Source: the human T2T-CHM13v2.0 reference genome, Homo sapiens. From it: 64,000 bases of DNA. Below are positions 30,512-45,179 of the stretch, piece by piece. The notes beneath the pieces were generated by a model. It was not told the origin of the DNA. It saw only the letters and a list, made by a program, of their open reading frames with translations, and searched no databases. Location: NCBI RefSeq assembly GCF_009914755.1, contig NC_060947.1; one strand, given 5' to 3'. The position numbers and the translations under genes were made by a program. Positions within the stretch are counted from its first letter, which is position 1; every line of letters starts with the position of its first letter.

Positions 30512-31229
30512 TACTAATACAACTGAATAAATCCATACTCATAACAGCAGTTCCACTCCTAGGTAGATACCAATGGAAATGCATACATATGTTCAAGAGA
30601 AAACATGTGCAAAAATGTCCATAGAAGACTAAAGTAGCCAAGACTGAAAATTACATGAACAGTAGAATAAATAAATAAATGGAGAAAAATTCACCAATAC
30701 GACACAGTCATAAAAATGAATGACATTATTTATGCATCTCACAAATATAATGTTGACACAAAATACATTACAGTTTCATTAATAAAAGAGCAAAACCAGA
30801 TAGAACTAACATTTGCCATTAGATATCAAGGTGGTAGTTACTCTGGGAATGAGAGGACTGTCCAGGAGGGGGTACAAGGAGTGCTTCTGTACTGCTGATC
30901 ATGTTGTGCTTCTTGATCTTGGTGTTGACACCTACTTGCTTAAACCAAAACCTAGGAAACATTCTTGATTTCTGTCTTTCCTTCACAGCTCACATCCAAT
31001 CTTTCAAGTCCTCTTGGATTTATCTGCAAATCATATCCTAATTATGACCACTTCTCACCATTTCTAATGTTAAAATATTACTCCAAAACACCATTATCTC
31101 TTACCTGGACTTTGCTGCAGCCCTCTAATTAGTTTTCCTGCCTTTATACCTGCCGTCCTTGAGCCCACAGTCCATCTTTCTAAAGCGTAAATCAGATCTT
31201 ATCACTCTACTGCTTAACACCTCCTAATG

Positions 31230-32755
31230 AGTGTATTTTAGGGTTCTAAAATAACTGTAGTTTATGAGTGAAACTTCTCCTTTTCAGAAGAATTCCAGCC
31301 AAAAATGGGAAAGAAATGATAGATTATAAAATAACTATTGTGTAACATGTAATGAGATCATTGATTTAGGTAATTATCTTTGATGGATGGAAGTGTAGGG
31401 GCCAAGACTTGGCCCTCTGAAGGTTCACTAGAAAATCAACTCATGAAAGGCAGGTTAGTAGGAGAAAAGGCATACAAAGGAGTCTTCAGAATGAAGACCC
31501 AGAGATACAGAGGAAATTGTCCATTTTAATGCTTAGGTCAACAAAGTATGGACACCCATGTAGAAATATGGTTGGACAAAAAGGATATGATCAAATGCTT
31601 ATAGACTGAGTGGGGAAACTCAGCAAGGCCTCTCTGTCTAGGTTCTTCTTGACCTCTCTGAGCAAGCATTCCTTCCTTCTGGGTGTGAAGCAGAACCCTC
31701 TCTGGAATAGGGGTCTTATGACCTACAGCCAAAGAAGATAGGTAGGATCATTTCTTTATGACCAGTTTTTACACAGAAAGTTGGAGGGAAAATTAAAGCA
31801 GTATTTTTAAGTTTTATGGCTGGGTGGAGAAAAGAGCTTCTGGTTTCTCTGACCCACCTTCGAGAAAAAGGATTCTAGTTTCTATGGCTAGCCTCAGGGG
31901 AGGATGGGACTGAGAGACACGAGAGCAAGAGAAGGTCAAAGAAAAACTTTTGCTTCTGAGGCTGCTTCTGAGGCCTTCATTTTGTGGGATTATTTTCTGA
32001 GCCACAACAGAAGCATTGAATGAAGGACTTACGGGGAACTTTACAATGGAGGGATCAGGCTGCTACCACATGAACCCACTGATCAATCACTAAAAATGAC
32101 ACCCAGAAACTAAGTGTTCCCTCAAGGTGGATTACACAGTACAGTCTATAAAGTAATTTTGTCTAAAAGTGGAACCTGAAACCAATTAAGAAGTAGTTTT
32201 CATTTAAAGAAATGTGGGAGTTAGTGGGACAAGTTAACAGCATCACAATTCATTGACTCCGTTATATTGGAGCATTCACCAAGAAAAGAGACTCGTATTC
32301 TTTTATAAGTCAGTAACAGGAACAAAAGGAGGGGGTTATTGCTTTAGGGTGGAAAATGAATAAAAACAAATGTAAAGAGTGGAACTTGTTTGGATCCTGC
32401 TTTAAATAAAGCAACAGTGAAAAGTGATTTGTGACCTAACTGAATAAATGTAATTATTGTTTAGTTATTAGATGACGATAAAGACATTGTTTTCTAAGTT
32501 AGGTGTGACAATGGCATTGTGGTTATGTCAGAAAATATTCATACTTTTCAGAGATGGATGCTAAATTATGTATATAGAAGTGAAATACCATGAAGTCTGG
32601 GATTTAATTTAAATGCTTAAGTAAAGCAAAGAAGACAGATGAAGTAAATATGACAAAATATTGATAATTATTAAATTTGGTTAATAGCTCTATGAGGATT
32701 ATTATGTCATTCTCTCTTTTATAAGTATGTTTGGAATTTTTGATTAAAAACAAAT
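31230..32755 (+). mobile_element. Old L1MC/L1ME 3'UTR fragment
   Basis: gaagaattccag...tttacaatggagggatcaggctg...aggtgtgacaatggcattgtggttatg. Confidence 0.6.
31394..32009 (-). mobile_element. MER4-group ERV1 solo LTR
   Basis: TG...CA termini and a perfect 4-bp TSD GAAG. Confidence 0.88.
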
Positions 32756-33038
32756 CTCCAATGACTCCTCATATCCACTTATAATAAATTACAAATTCCT
32801 CATATACATCTTACAAGATTTACATAATTTGTCTATTTCTCTGACTCATCCCTCTCTACTCTTCCCCCAGTTCACTACCTTTCAGCCACTCTGCTGACCT
32901 TTTTATTCTTGAACACAACCAGCTCTTTCCTGTCTCAGAGTATTTGAATTTATTGTTTCTTCTTCTTAGAGTACTCTTCCCTCTCTGGTTACCTCCTCCT
33001 TATCATTGGCAGTTCAGCTTATACATCACCTCCTTGGA

Positions 33039-33325
33039 GGCTGTGCACAGTGCTTCATGCCTGATATCTCAGCATTTTTGGAGTCTGAGAAGGGAGAATT
33101 GCTTGAGCCTGGTGTATAGAGGCCAACCCAGGTAACATAGTGAGACCTCGTCTCTCCAAAAAATGAACAAAATTAGCCAGGCATGGTGGCACACACCTTT
33201 AGTCCCTACTACTGGGGAGGCTGAGGTGAGAGGATTGTTTCAGCCTGGGAGGTCAAGGCTGCAGTGAGCCAAAATGCACCACTGTACTCCAGCCTGGGCG
33301 ACAGAGCAAGGCCCTGTTTCAAAAA
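33039..33325 (+). mobile_element. AluJ
   Basis: Diverged dimer; TSD ctccttgga. Confidence 0.92.
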
Positions 33326-33406
33326 TCTCCTTGGAGAGTTTGTTCCTAACAATCCTAGCTAAATAAGTCTCCATATTCATATTCTACTACAATAGCCAAT
33401 CGGGAA

Positions 33407-33649
33407 GATCAGATGATTGTTCAGCAAATACTCACTACCCACCTTTTGGAAGGTTTCCAATCCTATTCTATGTATTGCGAGGTAAGATAAAGAAACTTTG
33501 TCAGCGAAAGGGAAAGGTCAGATTTCTTGGCTTGTGGTAGCTTGCATTATGGACTTTAGCTGCCCTCTAAGAATGCTCCTAAATCCTTACTGTGGAGAAA
33601 TGCACAGTCTCATTCAGCCAACAGTATTCTTGACACTGTGAGAAAATGG
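33407..33649 (-). pseudogene. Polycystin-like block 6 (REJ C-terminus)
   Basis: tttttctcctctag|HFLTVS...KDLGAFLE(fs)QLKSIMQATT...LETFQKVGSEYLL versus recalled PKDREJ SFLPVG...DSLGAFSQVTLHATAQAPT...LLSFTVGPSSLL. Confidence 0.62.
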
Positions 33650-34289
33650 CTAGAGGAGAAAAAGTAATGTAGATATGGTATGGGTAGGTCTTTCCATGAG
33701 ATAGTTATCTTATGATTTATTTGTATTTTCTACCGTAATGTAAATTTTTGTAGTCACAGAACAAATAGTAATGTGCCTCTTATTTTAAAATCCAGAAAGC
33801 TTTCATATACCTTTGACATAATTTTTTTCCTCTCTGATGTAAAGATATTATGTTGGGAAATAATAGGCCCCAAAGTGTCCTGTGCTTCTATTTCAGACCC
33901 TTAGGAAAGTTGTATTTAGGAATCAGGTAATTATTCCACATGTAAATGAATGATGGAAAATTTTCTGCATTTCCCATGAATTTCTTCCCATTCTGTCTTG
34001 TAAAAGTATCCCCCTAGGACAGAAAGAGAAGGATGTAGATAATGAAGCATTATTGATAGGCTTGAGTGCTTACTAACTCTCAGAAATGAGTGGAAAGGGC
34101 AAACAAAATTAATTTCTTGCATGTGCTAAAATCGCAATATCAGCTGATGTAACATACATTTACAGTTATGATTATTTTAAAATGTAATTCTTAAAGATCA
34201 TGGTTTACTTTGAAAGTTACATTGCTGTAACATAGGATTGTGTACCATGGGCTAATTCAATTAATCACTAGTAATTGTTAGCCAAGCTA

Positions 34290-34680
34290 TTTTAAGAACC
34301 TAAACGTCCACCAACAGGTAAATGGGTGAAGAAAATGTGTTATACAATACAATTGAACACTATTCAGCCTTTGAAAAGAAGGAAATTTGGCCATATATGT
34401 GACAACATGGATAAACCTTGCAGATATTAAGCTATGTGAAATAGGCCAGCCACAGAAAGATAAATTCTGCATGAGTTCACTGATATCAGATATCTAAAAT
34501 AGTCAAATTCATATAATCAAAGAGTAGAATTGTGGTTACCAGAGGCTGAACAGAGGGGAAAATGAGGAATTACTAATCAATGAATGTAAAGTTTGAGTCA
34601 AGCTAGATGAATCTAGAGTGCTCTAGAGTGCTGTTGTATAACACTGTACTTGTAGTCAACAGTAATGTATTGAAAATGTA
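34290..34680 (+). mobile_element. L1MB 3' fragment
   Basis: acaacatggataaaccttg...ggttaccagaggctg 3'UTR sequence. Confidence 0.8.
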
Positions 34681-34682
34681 AT

Positions 34683-35105
34683 GTAAAGAAATGTGGCACA
34701 TATATACACCATGGAATACTATGCAGCCATAAAAAAGGATGAGTTCATGTCCTTTGCAGGGACATGGATGAAGCTGGAAACCATCATTCTCAGCAAACTA
34801 ACAGAAGAACAGAAAACCAAACGCTGCATGTTCTCACTCATAAGTGGGAATTGAACAATGAGAACACATGGACACAGGGAGGGGAACATCACACACTGGG
34901 GCCTGTTGGGGAGTGGGGAGCTAGGGGAGGGGTAGCATTAGGAGAAATACCTAATGTAGATCATGGGTTGATGGGTGCAGTAAACCACTATTGCACATGT
35001 ATACCTATGTAACAAACCTGCACGTTCTGCACATGTACCCCAGAACTTAAAGTATAATAAAAATAATAAAAATTTAAAAAGTAAAAAAGAAAAAGAAAAC
35101 AAAAT
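34683..35105 (+). mobile_element. L1PA7-like 3' end with A-tail
   Basis: catggatgaagctggaaaccatcattctc...cagaacttaaagtataataaaa. Confidence 0.92.
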
Positions 35106-36329
35106 GCCATCTAAGAGAAATCCTCAATTCTTTTTATTTAATCTGATAGCTGTTCTGCTTATTTATGTGTTTTTTCTTACCATTTTTCTTCATTCCTCCC
35201 ACCCATCCCCATACTTTCCCATTTGAATCATGCTGACTCCAAAATCCAGTGCATGTTCCAATCTAATGTCTCTTTATTTGTTTATAAATATTTATTGAAT
35301 ACCTGTTATGAATAAAGCATTGTGCTGGATACTGGATCTTAAGATAAAGCAAGAGTTTTAGTCTTCCATTCCTGGATGTTTTTCAATCTAGCTTTATGGT
35401 TAGCACTTTAATGCTTTTCTGGGCCAATAACCCACTGTGTTCTTTCAGTTACTAAAAGTTTCTTTTATGGGATTTTTTTTTCCTTGCTATTTGTACGGTA
35501 TATCCCAACAATTAATCATTGACCCCATGGGTAAAGAATGGAAAATGTTTGAATGTTAGTAGGATGTAAATGCAGGTCTGAGTTGGGGGCTAGAAAGAGA
35601 AGAAGCACAGCATATGTTAGAATAATCTACAGAAGCTGGTGAGCATGTAGTTGTCTCCTGTGAACTCTACCACTGAGCTTGGATGTAGACCTATCCCAGA
35701 AACTGTTCCATAGTGTTTTGGCAGTGGTAAAGAAAAATCAGCCTTAAGCTGGCATCAAGGTTTTTGGAGTTTTGAAAAGCTTATAGTCACTGATAATGCT
35801 TGAGAGAAGAATGACAGTGCTTTTTAGGTTGCCAAAATTTTACTCTTCTCAATTTAACCTTCCTTATTAAAAACAAAACAAAAAATCCTGTAGATTAATT
35901 TTGTCAAGAGACAGGAATTTTATTTCTGACTCTGTCAATAACTAGTTGTCTCTTCTTTATCTATTTCTTCTGTAAAATGAGGAAAGATTTCTAATATTTC
36001 TTGCAATGATGATATTCTCCATTTCTATGGGCATATAGTGAGCCCTAGAAAGATACTAGCTTTTGTATAGATTTACATGACATGTACAATTAGAGCTAAA
36101 GAACACTGAAAATGGAAACCCATGACTCAAGACGTGGGACATCATAAAATGTCATAAATTTATTATTGTCCTTTGTAGTCACTTTAATAAATGTTTTATG
36201 TCTCTAACACATGCATATCTGTTTGTTTAAACAACTGGTCACTAATCTAGCAATAATGTCCTGAGGTAATTAGGGAGCACCCCTCCCCGTGCAAAATCAT
36301 AAGATATAAGAATTGAGAGGGTTAATTAT

Positions 36330-36765
36330 TGCCATGTGCCTCATGTGAAGAGACCACCAAACAGGCTTTGGGTGAGCAATAAAGCTTTTTAATCACCCGG
36401 GTGCAGGCAGGCTGAGTCTGAAAAAGGAGTCAGCAAAGGGAGATGCGGTGGGGCAGTTTTATAGGATTTGGGTAGGTAGTGGAAAATTACAGTTAAAGGG
36501 GGTAATTCTCTTGCGGGCAGGGGCAGGGGTCACAAGGTGCTTGGTGTTGTGGTTCTAGGACTCATTGTCTAGGAGAAGGAATGTCACAAGGTTAATCAGT
36601 TAGGGTGGAGCAGGAACAAACAGCAATGGTGGAATGCCATCGCTTAAGGCAGGAACTGGCTATTTTCACTTCTTTTGTGATTCTTCAGTTGCTTCAGGCC
36701 ATCTGGATATACACGTGCAGGTCACAGGGGATATGATGGCTTAGCTTGGGCTCAGAGGCCTGACA
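36330..36765 (-). mobile_element. Solo HERV-H LTR (LTR7B/7C-like)
   Basis: TGTCAGGCCTCTGAGCCCAAGC start; ATTAAA-type polyA signal; perfect TSD ATTAT. Confidence 0.95.
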
Positions 36766-38432
36766 ATTATTTATAAAGTAATTGAAGAGTGGAATACACT
36801 GATCATTCTTTTTCAAATTGTATCTTATTTTCCTCTTGAAAAAATAGTGAGTAAGAGCTTTTATTATACATAGAAGAGAATGCATATTGAATTTTCAAAA
36901 CACTCCAAAGGCTTTCATTATATGGGTTATATAACCTCAGAAATGACAGAGAAGGCTTGGTGACAAAGAAATGGAGAATGTGAATGCTCTAATTACTAAA
37001 AATATTTAGCCATAATGAAGCAGAGCTGATATAAAGTCTCAATGACCAAGCAAAGTGGTAGCTAGAATTGTCTCTTTCAACAAAGCATAAGTGAACCTTT
37101 TGTGCCAGTAGCTGAAACCTTGTCCTACTCCTTTTTCCCCATAAAAGCATTTGAGGGCTGGAAACATATTAGTGTTCTCTATGAGTGAAAGCCCTGCACT
37201 GACGTTCAGTTTACAGCAGAAAAAAATACACCTTTCAATGTAATTTTTGTGCTATCAAAAAGGCTTATAGCACAGAGCAGTTAAGCTCTTCCTACCTATC
37301 CTTTAAGGCTCAATTTAAATCCTGTCTGTATGGTGAAACCTTTTCTGATGAATTCTCCTTTCTTTCCTCTCTTTTTAAAAAAAATATTTATTGTATATAT
37401 TGTAAAATAGGATCTTATTGTTTACTTTTGACATCATAGACTTTACTATATACTTACACATTTTTTATATACTTTATGAGTGTGTAAGTCTTCTCAGCTA
37501 GTTTTCAAGTGCTTCAATAACAGGATTTTCTTTGTCTACTTCCTATGATTTCCTACAACATCTAGCATGCTTCTGTGCACATAGAAGGTGCTTGATTAAA
37601 TGATTGATTAATCAATGTGGCTCGATGAAAAATGATACAAAATGACATGGACTATGTGCAAATTTGAGAAAACAAATGTGACACTTGGATGCCTTGAAGG
37701 ATGTGTTATTAGAATGTCTGATTAATGGAGAAACTTTAATTCATCATCTTCTCATCATTGACAAGCAGGCATACAACGTCAACATAAATGCTGCAGAAAA
37801 TTTTATTTCAGGAATATAGCAGTGTCAGTTATATTATAAAATAAAAAATGGGATCAAACTTGATCAAACTGCATTTATTTTAATTGTTCAAACAGGTTCT
37901 ATTCATTTTTATTTCTATAAAATGTCAAACATCTGGATATTCTTAGGTTCAATACTAGTTCATTAGTTCAGTTCATTTGGGCCACTTTAATTGTTGCTGT
38001 ACAAATGTAACAGAGCTATCTCCTTATGGTTATTATCTCACAGAGTCTGGTAGGGTCTGGGATGGTTAATTTTATGTGTCGATCCTGACTAATACAGGGT
38101 CTCAGGTGTAGTTGGCCTTGTAAAGAACCACTCCTGCTTCACCCCAATCTTGCTTTGGGCTGGCTTAGCACAATGTCACATCAGAAGTAGGTAACTCTAC
38201 TAGAGCTTAATGGGATTTAAATTCCATATGCCAGCTCTCATATGCTGGCTCTTCCTTGCTTTCCTGAGCCTGACTCAGGACTACTGCCTTTTTAGTTGTA
38301 TAGATTTTTAACTGCATTGAAGCACCAGGATGAGTGGAGGAAATGGAGTCTGGCATGGGGATTTATTGCCTGGAGAAACAGGATTCTTAATAATTTGCAC
38401 AAAGGCACTAGCAGTGGCACTGACCTGACTAT

Positions 38433-39015
38433 TGTAGGGGCCAAGGAAAAACCTCCCCCTAGTTCTATGAAAATTCACTGAAAAATCAACTCACAAAAGG
38501 CAGACTAATAGGAGAGAGGGCATACAAATTTATTAACGTACACCAGAGAACCGTGGAGTGATTATCTCAAACCCCAGGTGGGGTACAGAAACTTATATGC
38601 CATCTTGAGGTTAGAGATAGAATGGGGGCTTAGAACATGGCCAAAACCAGGTTATGTTGGGAAATCAAGTTGTAATGGTAAGACAGGTTATGGGAGGGGA
38701 AGAAGAGGCCTGGCTAGCAAAGGTGGTCTTGTTATGTAGATGAAACCTCACAGGTAGCAGCCCTCAGAGAGAGTAGATGGCAAATGTTTCTTTCAGACTT
38801 TTAAAGTGACAGACTCTCAGTTAATCTTTCCTAGATCTGGACAAAAGAGAGCCTCAGAGAAAGCCTGGCTGTATCTATGCAGATTCTCTACATATGCAAA
38901 TCTCCCTGACAAAGGATAGCTGTGCAGGGCTACTTAGGTTTGCAGGACCTGGAACAACCAAATCAAAATATACCAAAGAAGTATATTTTGGGGTGAAGTA
39001 TTTTGATTTTCTTAA
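38433..39015 (-). mobile_element. MER4-group ERV1 solo LTR
   Basis: Antisense start aaatcaaaatacttcaccccaaaatatac; TSD CTAT. Confidence 0.87.
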
Positions 39016-39189
39016 CTATGACTCAGTTTTCATCTGTGGTTTAATTTTAGCCTTAATCACTATGTATTGCTTAAAATGTCCTATCCCCTTTCCTACTGGC
39101 ATCTCTTAACTCTCTATACTTGGTTCACTTACTGTGCCCATTTAGATAATTCCCCTGAGTCCACCCTTTTTGCACACTATGATAACTGC

Positions 39190-39407
39190 CAGCACAGCAG
39201 GCTTATTTCCTCCCAAGTGAAGGAATTATTCTGATTGTTGGACTCTTGACTATTTGTTACTGTCATCTCATTTTGGGGAAGTGTCAGACACTTCGCATGC
39301 TAGAGGTCGATTTCAGTTGTAGATAAGGTTATGCCACTCTTCAAAAACACCTTATGATTTGGTTTCTTGCCACCAGTGATGTTAGTGTGCTGCAGTGAGT
39401 AATTTTC
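39190..39407 (-). pseudogene. Polycystin-like block 5 (REJ)
   Basis: tctttagtttcag|...NRPLACEVSD...(fs)IVKSPTIRII(fs)LHLG versus recalled HVPLTYKIIVSD...SVKENTLGTILYLG. Confidence 0.45.
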
Positions 39408-39887
39408 CTGAAACTAAAGATAATGGTTCTGTATATGAAGTCTTAAGCACAGACTTTTCATAGTCACAATATGTAAAAGGTAGATTTTTTGACCCCAAAT
39501 AGTAACTCTCTGCAAACATTAAACAGATATTCAAAACCATAATACTTTAAAGTGAGCTGTTCTCAAAGGCAGTTAAATCCCAAGATAAAGGTAAATATCA
39601 GGGGAAAAAATAGCTTTTACAACTATTACTATCACAGATTATTCATCTGTACCAATTTAAACACAAAAAGAATGCATATTCCTTGAAACAAAATTCAAAC
39701 AATACGTAAGTGTACAGAATAAAAGTTGAAACCCTTCTTATCTCACCCACCAAACTTGTTCTATTTTATTGGGATAACTACTGTAAAAAGGTTGGTGTGT
39801 TTTCTTCCAGACTTTTTCTGTGCACATTCAAATATATATATATACATATATATATAGAGAGATATAATATACATTTTGTAAATGGAT

Positions 39888-40168
39888 ATTTTCTTTTTCT
39901 TTCTTCTTTCTTCCTTTCTTTCTTTCATTCTTTCTCTCTTTCTCTTTTCCTTTCTTTTCTCTCTCTCTTTCTTTCTTTCTCCTTCCTTCCTTCCTTTCTT
40001 CCTTCCTTCCTTCTTTCCTTCCTTCCTTCCTTCTCTCCTTCCTTCCTTCTCCTCTCCCCTCCCCTCCCCTCCCCTCCCCTCTCCTCCCCTCTCCTCCCCT
40101 CTCCTCTCCTCTCCTCTCCTCTCCTCTCCTCTCCTCTCCTCTCCTTCCCTTTCCTTTTTTTTTGTTTT
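39888..40168. repeat. Compound polypyrimidine microsatellite (TTTC/TTCC/CTCCC/CTCCT)n
   Basis: About 280 bp, almost purine-free; it is the expanded tail of the adjacent Alu monomer. Confidence 0.96.
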
Positions 40169-40290
40169 TAATCAGAGATAGGATCACATTATACTGCCAA
40201 GACTGGACTCAAACTTCTGGACTCAAGAGATCCTCCTGCCTCAGCCTCCTGAATAGCTGGAACTACAGGTGTGTGCCACCATACCCAGCT
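40160..40290 (-). mobile_element. FLAM-type Alu monomer
   Basis: Single antisense monomer; tggatattttctt flanks the tail-plus-element on both sides. Confidence 0.85.
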
Positions 40291-40342
40291 TGGATATTTG
40301 GATATTTTCTTTATTACAAAATATGGTATATGTTATCCATAT

Positions 40343-40997
40343 TTTGGGGGGCAAAGTAAAATTTCCCTTCTGTCCCCCAAAGGTTGCTGGAAATGATCTG
40401 ACAAAAGGTAGATTAATAGGAGAAAAAGGCATACAAAATATATTTAATGTGCATAGGGGGAAATTGTGGGAAATGTGATTACCCAATAACACAATGAGGT
40501 GTAGATGCTTATGTACATTTCTTCATAAGGAAAGGGAGATTGGGGGTGCCAGAGTCAATGATTCTCAGGGGAAATGAATGAGACCAAAGAACAATAGGAT
40601 GGGACAAAGTTGCTCTGAGCTCTCGGGGAGGTGGTAGAAGGTAAGCAGTGGAACTTCCCTGTGAACAAAGGTTGTCTTATTTTGCAGATAAAGTTCCCCA
40701 AGTATTACCTTTGTTCACAGTGAAGTTCCACCCCTTGCCTTCCCACCACTTCCACTAGAGCTTCCTCAGAAGAATAGATGAAAAGTCTGTCTGGACTTGC
40801 TGATGACTCCCAGTCTCTTCTCTTCTCCAGAGGTTAATCTTTTCTGATTATTTGATGAAATTCCTAGGAAGGGGGTCTTAAGACACTTGCATTCTTTTAA
40901 AGAAGTTTTTTTAGTCAAATAAGGAAATTCCAGAGAGAATCCCTCCAGTGTCAAAGCACCATATTTTGTGGTATCATCTTCTAAGTAAGCCTCGACA
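40343..40997 (-). mobile_element. MER4-group ERV1 solo LTR
   Basis: Shares gattaataggagaaaaaggcatacaaa with the LTRs at 31394 and 38433; antisense start ...gataccacaaaatatggtgctttgaca. Confidence 0.8.
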
Positions 40998-41233
40998 TGT
41001 TATTCTGTCAATGGCTCTTTTTTACATAACACACTACCAAGAACATATTAGTATGTATTATCACATATTAGTACTTCTATATTTTAGATGTAAAGAACTT
41101 TATAAAATGGCATCATGGTATTCCATAGTCCAAATATTTCCTAATTTATTTAACAAATTTAGTTTAGACATTAGAGTATTTCTTATATTTCACTGTTGCA
41201 AATAGTGTCCTTGACATTCTCATTGAAATACCT

Positions 41234-41752
41234 TGTATTAGTTTTCTACTGCTGCATAGTAAATCATAACAAACTTAGCAGCTTAAAACAAGAAGGATTT
41301 ATTATCTCACAATTTTCATGTAGCCTTGACTAGGGGAGGATCTGCTTCCGTGCTTCTTCAGGATAATGATGGAATCATTATTTTGCAGTTCTATGACTGA
41401 GTTCCTTGCTTTCTTACTGGTTGTTGGCCAGGCACCATGCTCAGCTCCTAGAGGCCACTCTTAGGTTCCTGCTGCATAGTGCCTTCCATAGGTCCTCTCA
41501 CACTCTGAAGCTCTTTGATTTCAGGAAAGGCTCAGTCTCTTTACAGGGTTCACCTAATAATGTCAGATCTATCTGTAGAATCTTCCTTTAGGTTAACTCT
41601 AAAGTCAGCTGATTAATAATATAAATATAGTAAAGGGAGTGATTCCCATTATATGCACAGGTCTTGCTCACATTCAAGGGAGAGAATTATGGAAGACATG
41701 TACACCAACAGGTGGGAACATTGGAGGTTATCTTATAATTCTACTTATTACA
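41234..41752 (-). mobile_element. MLT1 MaLR LTR
   Basis: tgtattagttttctactgctgc...aaacttagcagcttaaaacaa. Confidence 0.75.
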
Positions 41753-42604
41753 TATCCTTAGATCCTGTGTGAGTTTATCTGCAAGATAGATTCACCGAAG
41801 TAGAGTTGCTAGGCCAAAAGGTATGGGTACTATAAATTTGGATCTATATCTAATTTCCAAAATATTTTATGTCTTTATACTCTCACCAAAGCCTAACAGA
41901 TTCTTCTAACCCTAATCTTACATATTAGAAGGTAAGCTCTACAAAACAGGTATTTTTGTTTATTTTGTTCATAGAAGACATATCTCAAATGTCTAGAACA
42001 GTTCTTGGCATATGATAGGTACTGAATATTAATGGAATGAATGAATAAACATGCAGAATATATCTTGTTTAGAACCATAATCTTGGTAATTTACTTTGAA
42101 ACTTAATGTGGCATCAAGGATTGCCAGTGACTTGTCCCTCAGCTGCCACCTTATAAACATTTATAATTTATCATTATCTAGTTTTAAGAATCCTGGTTAA
42201 GCACTTTTTATAACAATGTTTTGATACTTTATAGCAATTTCATTTTCCTATACAGTATCTGTCTCTGTTTTCCTGCTGTAAAAGCTGCTCCTCCATTTAC
42301 CCTTTAGAGAAAGACTCCAAATATCTCTTTATTTCAGGAAGTATTAAAGTACTATTTGTTCTCGGGCTATGTTTATTTATTTTTTTGAGACAGGGTCTCA
42401 CTCTGTCACCTAGGCTGGAGTGCAGTGGCACTATCATAGCTCACTATAATCTCAAACTTCTGGGTTCCTTGCCTGCCAAGTTCGGTGACCAATTAATACC
42501 TGCTTCTGTCATTGGAACAGGCGTGTAGGTGCTTCTGTATTCTCTCTGTATATTTTCTTAACCAAAATTTTGAATAATTTCATCTGCAGCCACAGATGTG
42601 TGGT

Positions 42605-43850
<1,246 letters not shown>

Positions 43851-45179
43851 GTTGTCTGAGAGTATAAGTGTTATATTGGGCACTGGGGATAAACAGATTA
43901 AAAAAAAAATCATAGTTCCTTCTTTCTAGGAACTGAAAGTACCTGAGCTGTAAAACTAGAGAAACCTTTCATATGGAAAGGGCAAGGGAAAAAGGAGTTA
44001 ACATGTATAAGCCCGAGGAAGTTGAAGGCTTAATTGTTCACCTAACAGTGAAGGGTCAATAGGGAAAATAAGAAGACTTGGATTAGTAACATTTTAAGTA
44101 CTTTTTCTACTTTGGTTGATTGAAGAATTGTCTTCCAAAGAGATTAATCTATAGATAAGTGTCTGTTTGGAATGCTGTGAAAATCTTCTGTGTAAGGATC
44201 ATGCTTGGGCCAATCTATATAATATTTGCTGTAATTTTCTAGATCAGTAATTACTAAAGTAGGTATGGGGATAAGTGCTCCATTGGACACATAATCACCT
44301 AGTTCTTAAAAATATGCTTTTCAGATCCCATATTAGATTTACTAAAATGAAAACTTTGAAAATAATACTTAAGAATATGCATTTTTAAGTTCATTTCCTT
44401 GGTGATTTAGAGGTATGGCCAGATTTCGTGTTCACTCTACATGATGAACTACATACTATCAAGGTGGAAGGAATAGCTGCTGCCATGCAGACAGACTTGC
44501 TCTGCGATGTGCCCTCCCCAATGAAGAAGGACAGGCTGCTTCATTTATTTTCTTCACTAATTAAATATGTTTACATATTTATCAGTTCTATATTCAGAAG
44601 CTATATAGGAATCTATCAACTTACTGGTTGAGTGAATAACAAACATGGGAGGGCACACTTTAAGATCTATAATTTAGCTAGACTCATGTGCCCCTCAGGT
44701 GTAATTGATGCATATTACCTGTAGAATTGTATTAATGAGATCTTTTAGTGCACTTTCATTAATGGGGACAACACACATGGAGGCAAAGTAGGCCACTGCT
44801 TTTGTCATTTGATTTAGGTGTTAGAAGTGGAGAGTCCTGTTGTCTTCTGTAAATATTTCTGCTCTCTCACTGTTTGATCATTGAAATTCAACAGTAGGGC
44901 TGAAGGCTTTAATCCTTTTTAATAATATAAATGAAGGTGAGCCCCAATTTTCTGATAGTACAGGTTTCTGGAGACTGTAGTACAGCTGGCCACATCCAGA
45001 AGTTGCTTTCATTCCTAGTATTTTTTTATTCCCTAATTTGTAGCAAACAGCTTGGAAGGTATATGCCAGGCTTTTAAAATTTATTTAACTACTAATAAAA
45101 ATACTGACACATTGGATGATTTTACTTAAAATTTTTCGTTGCAGATTAAAGCTTTATGTAATTATTTTCTCCCTCTCTG

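Larger units (their letters stand above)
22577..30930 (+). mobile_element. Old L1M(E)-type 3' fragment hosting HERV-H, MST and MER44 insertions
   Basis: aaaaacaacaaagctgtagaaatacagtatcagatatt[HERV-H]ctattataaaactgtag...aaatggaacagaatt is continuous L1 ORF2 across the provirus. Confidence 0.75.
22180..33380 (+). mobile_element. L2 element in three collinear pieces (22180-22575, 30935-31230, 32755-33380)
   Basis: L2 RT-region and 3'-region motifs (ctactgaaacagctctt, ttggattccatgacactacact, cacatccaatc, cttgaacacaaccag) occur in consensus order. Confidence 0.7.

Noticed and set aside
33396-33481. 86-nt + strand exon candidate open in two frames
   Set aside because: Poor polypyrimidine tract, no recognisable protein, and antisense to fossil block 6. 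Kept only as a possible non-coding exon.
39710-40187. S/L/P/F-rich and R/E/G/K-rich ORFs
   Set aside because: Microsatellite artefacts.
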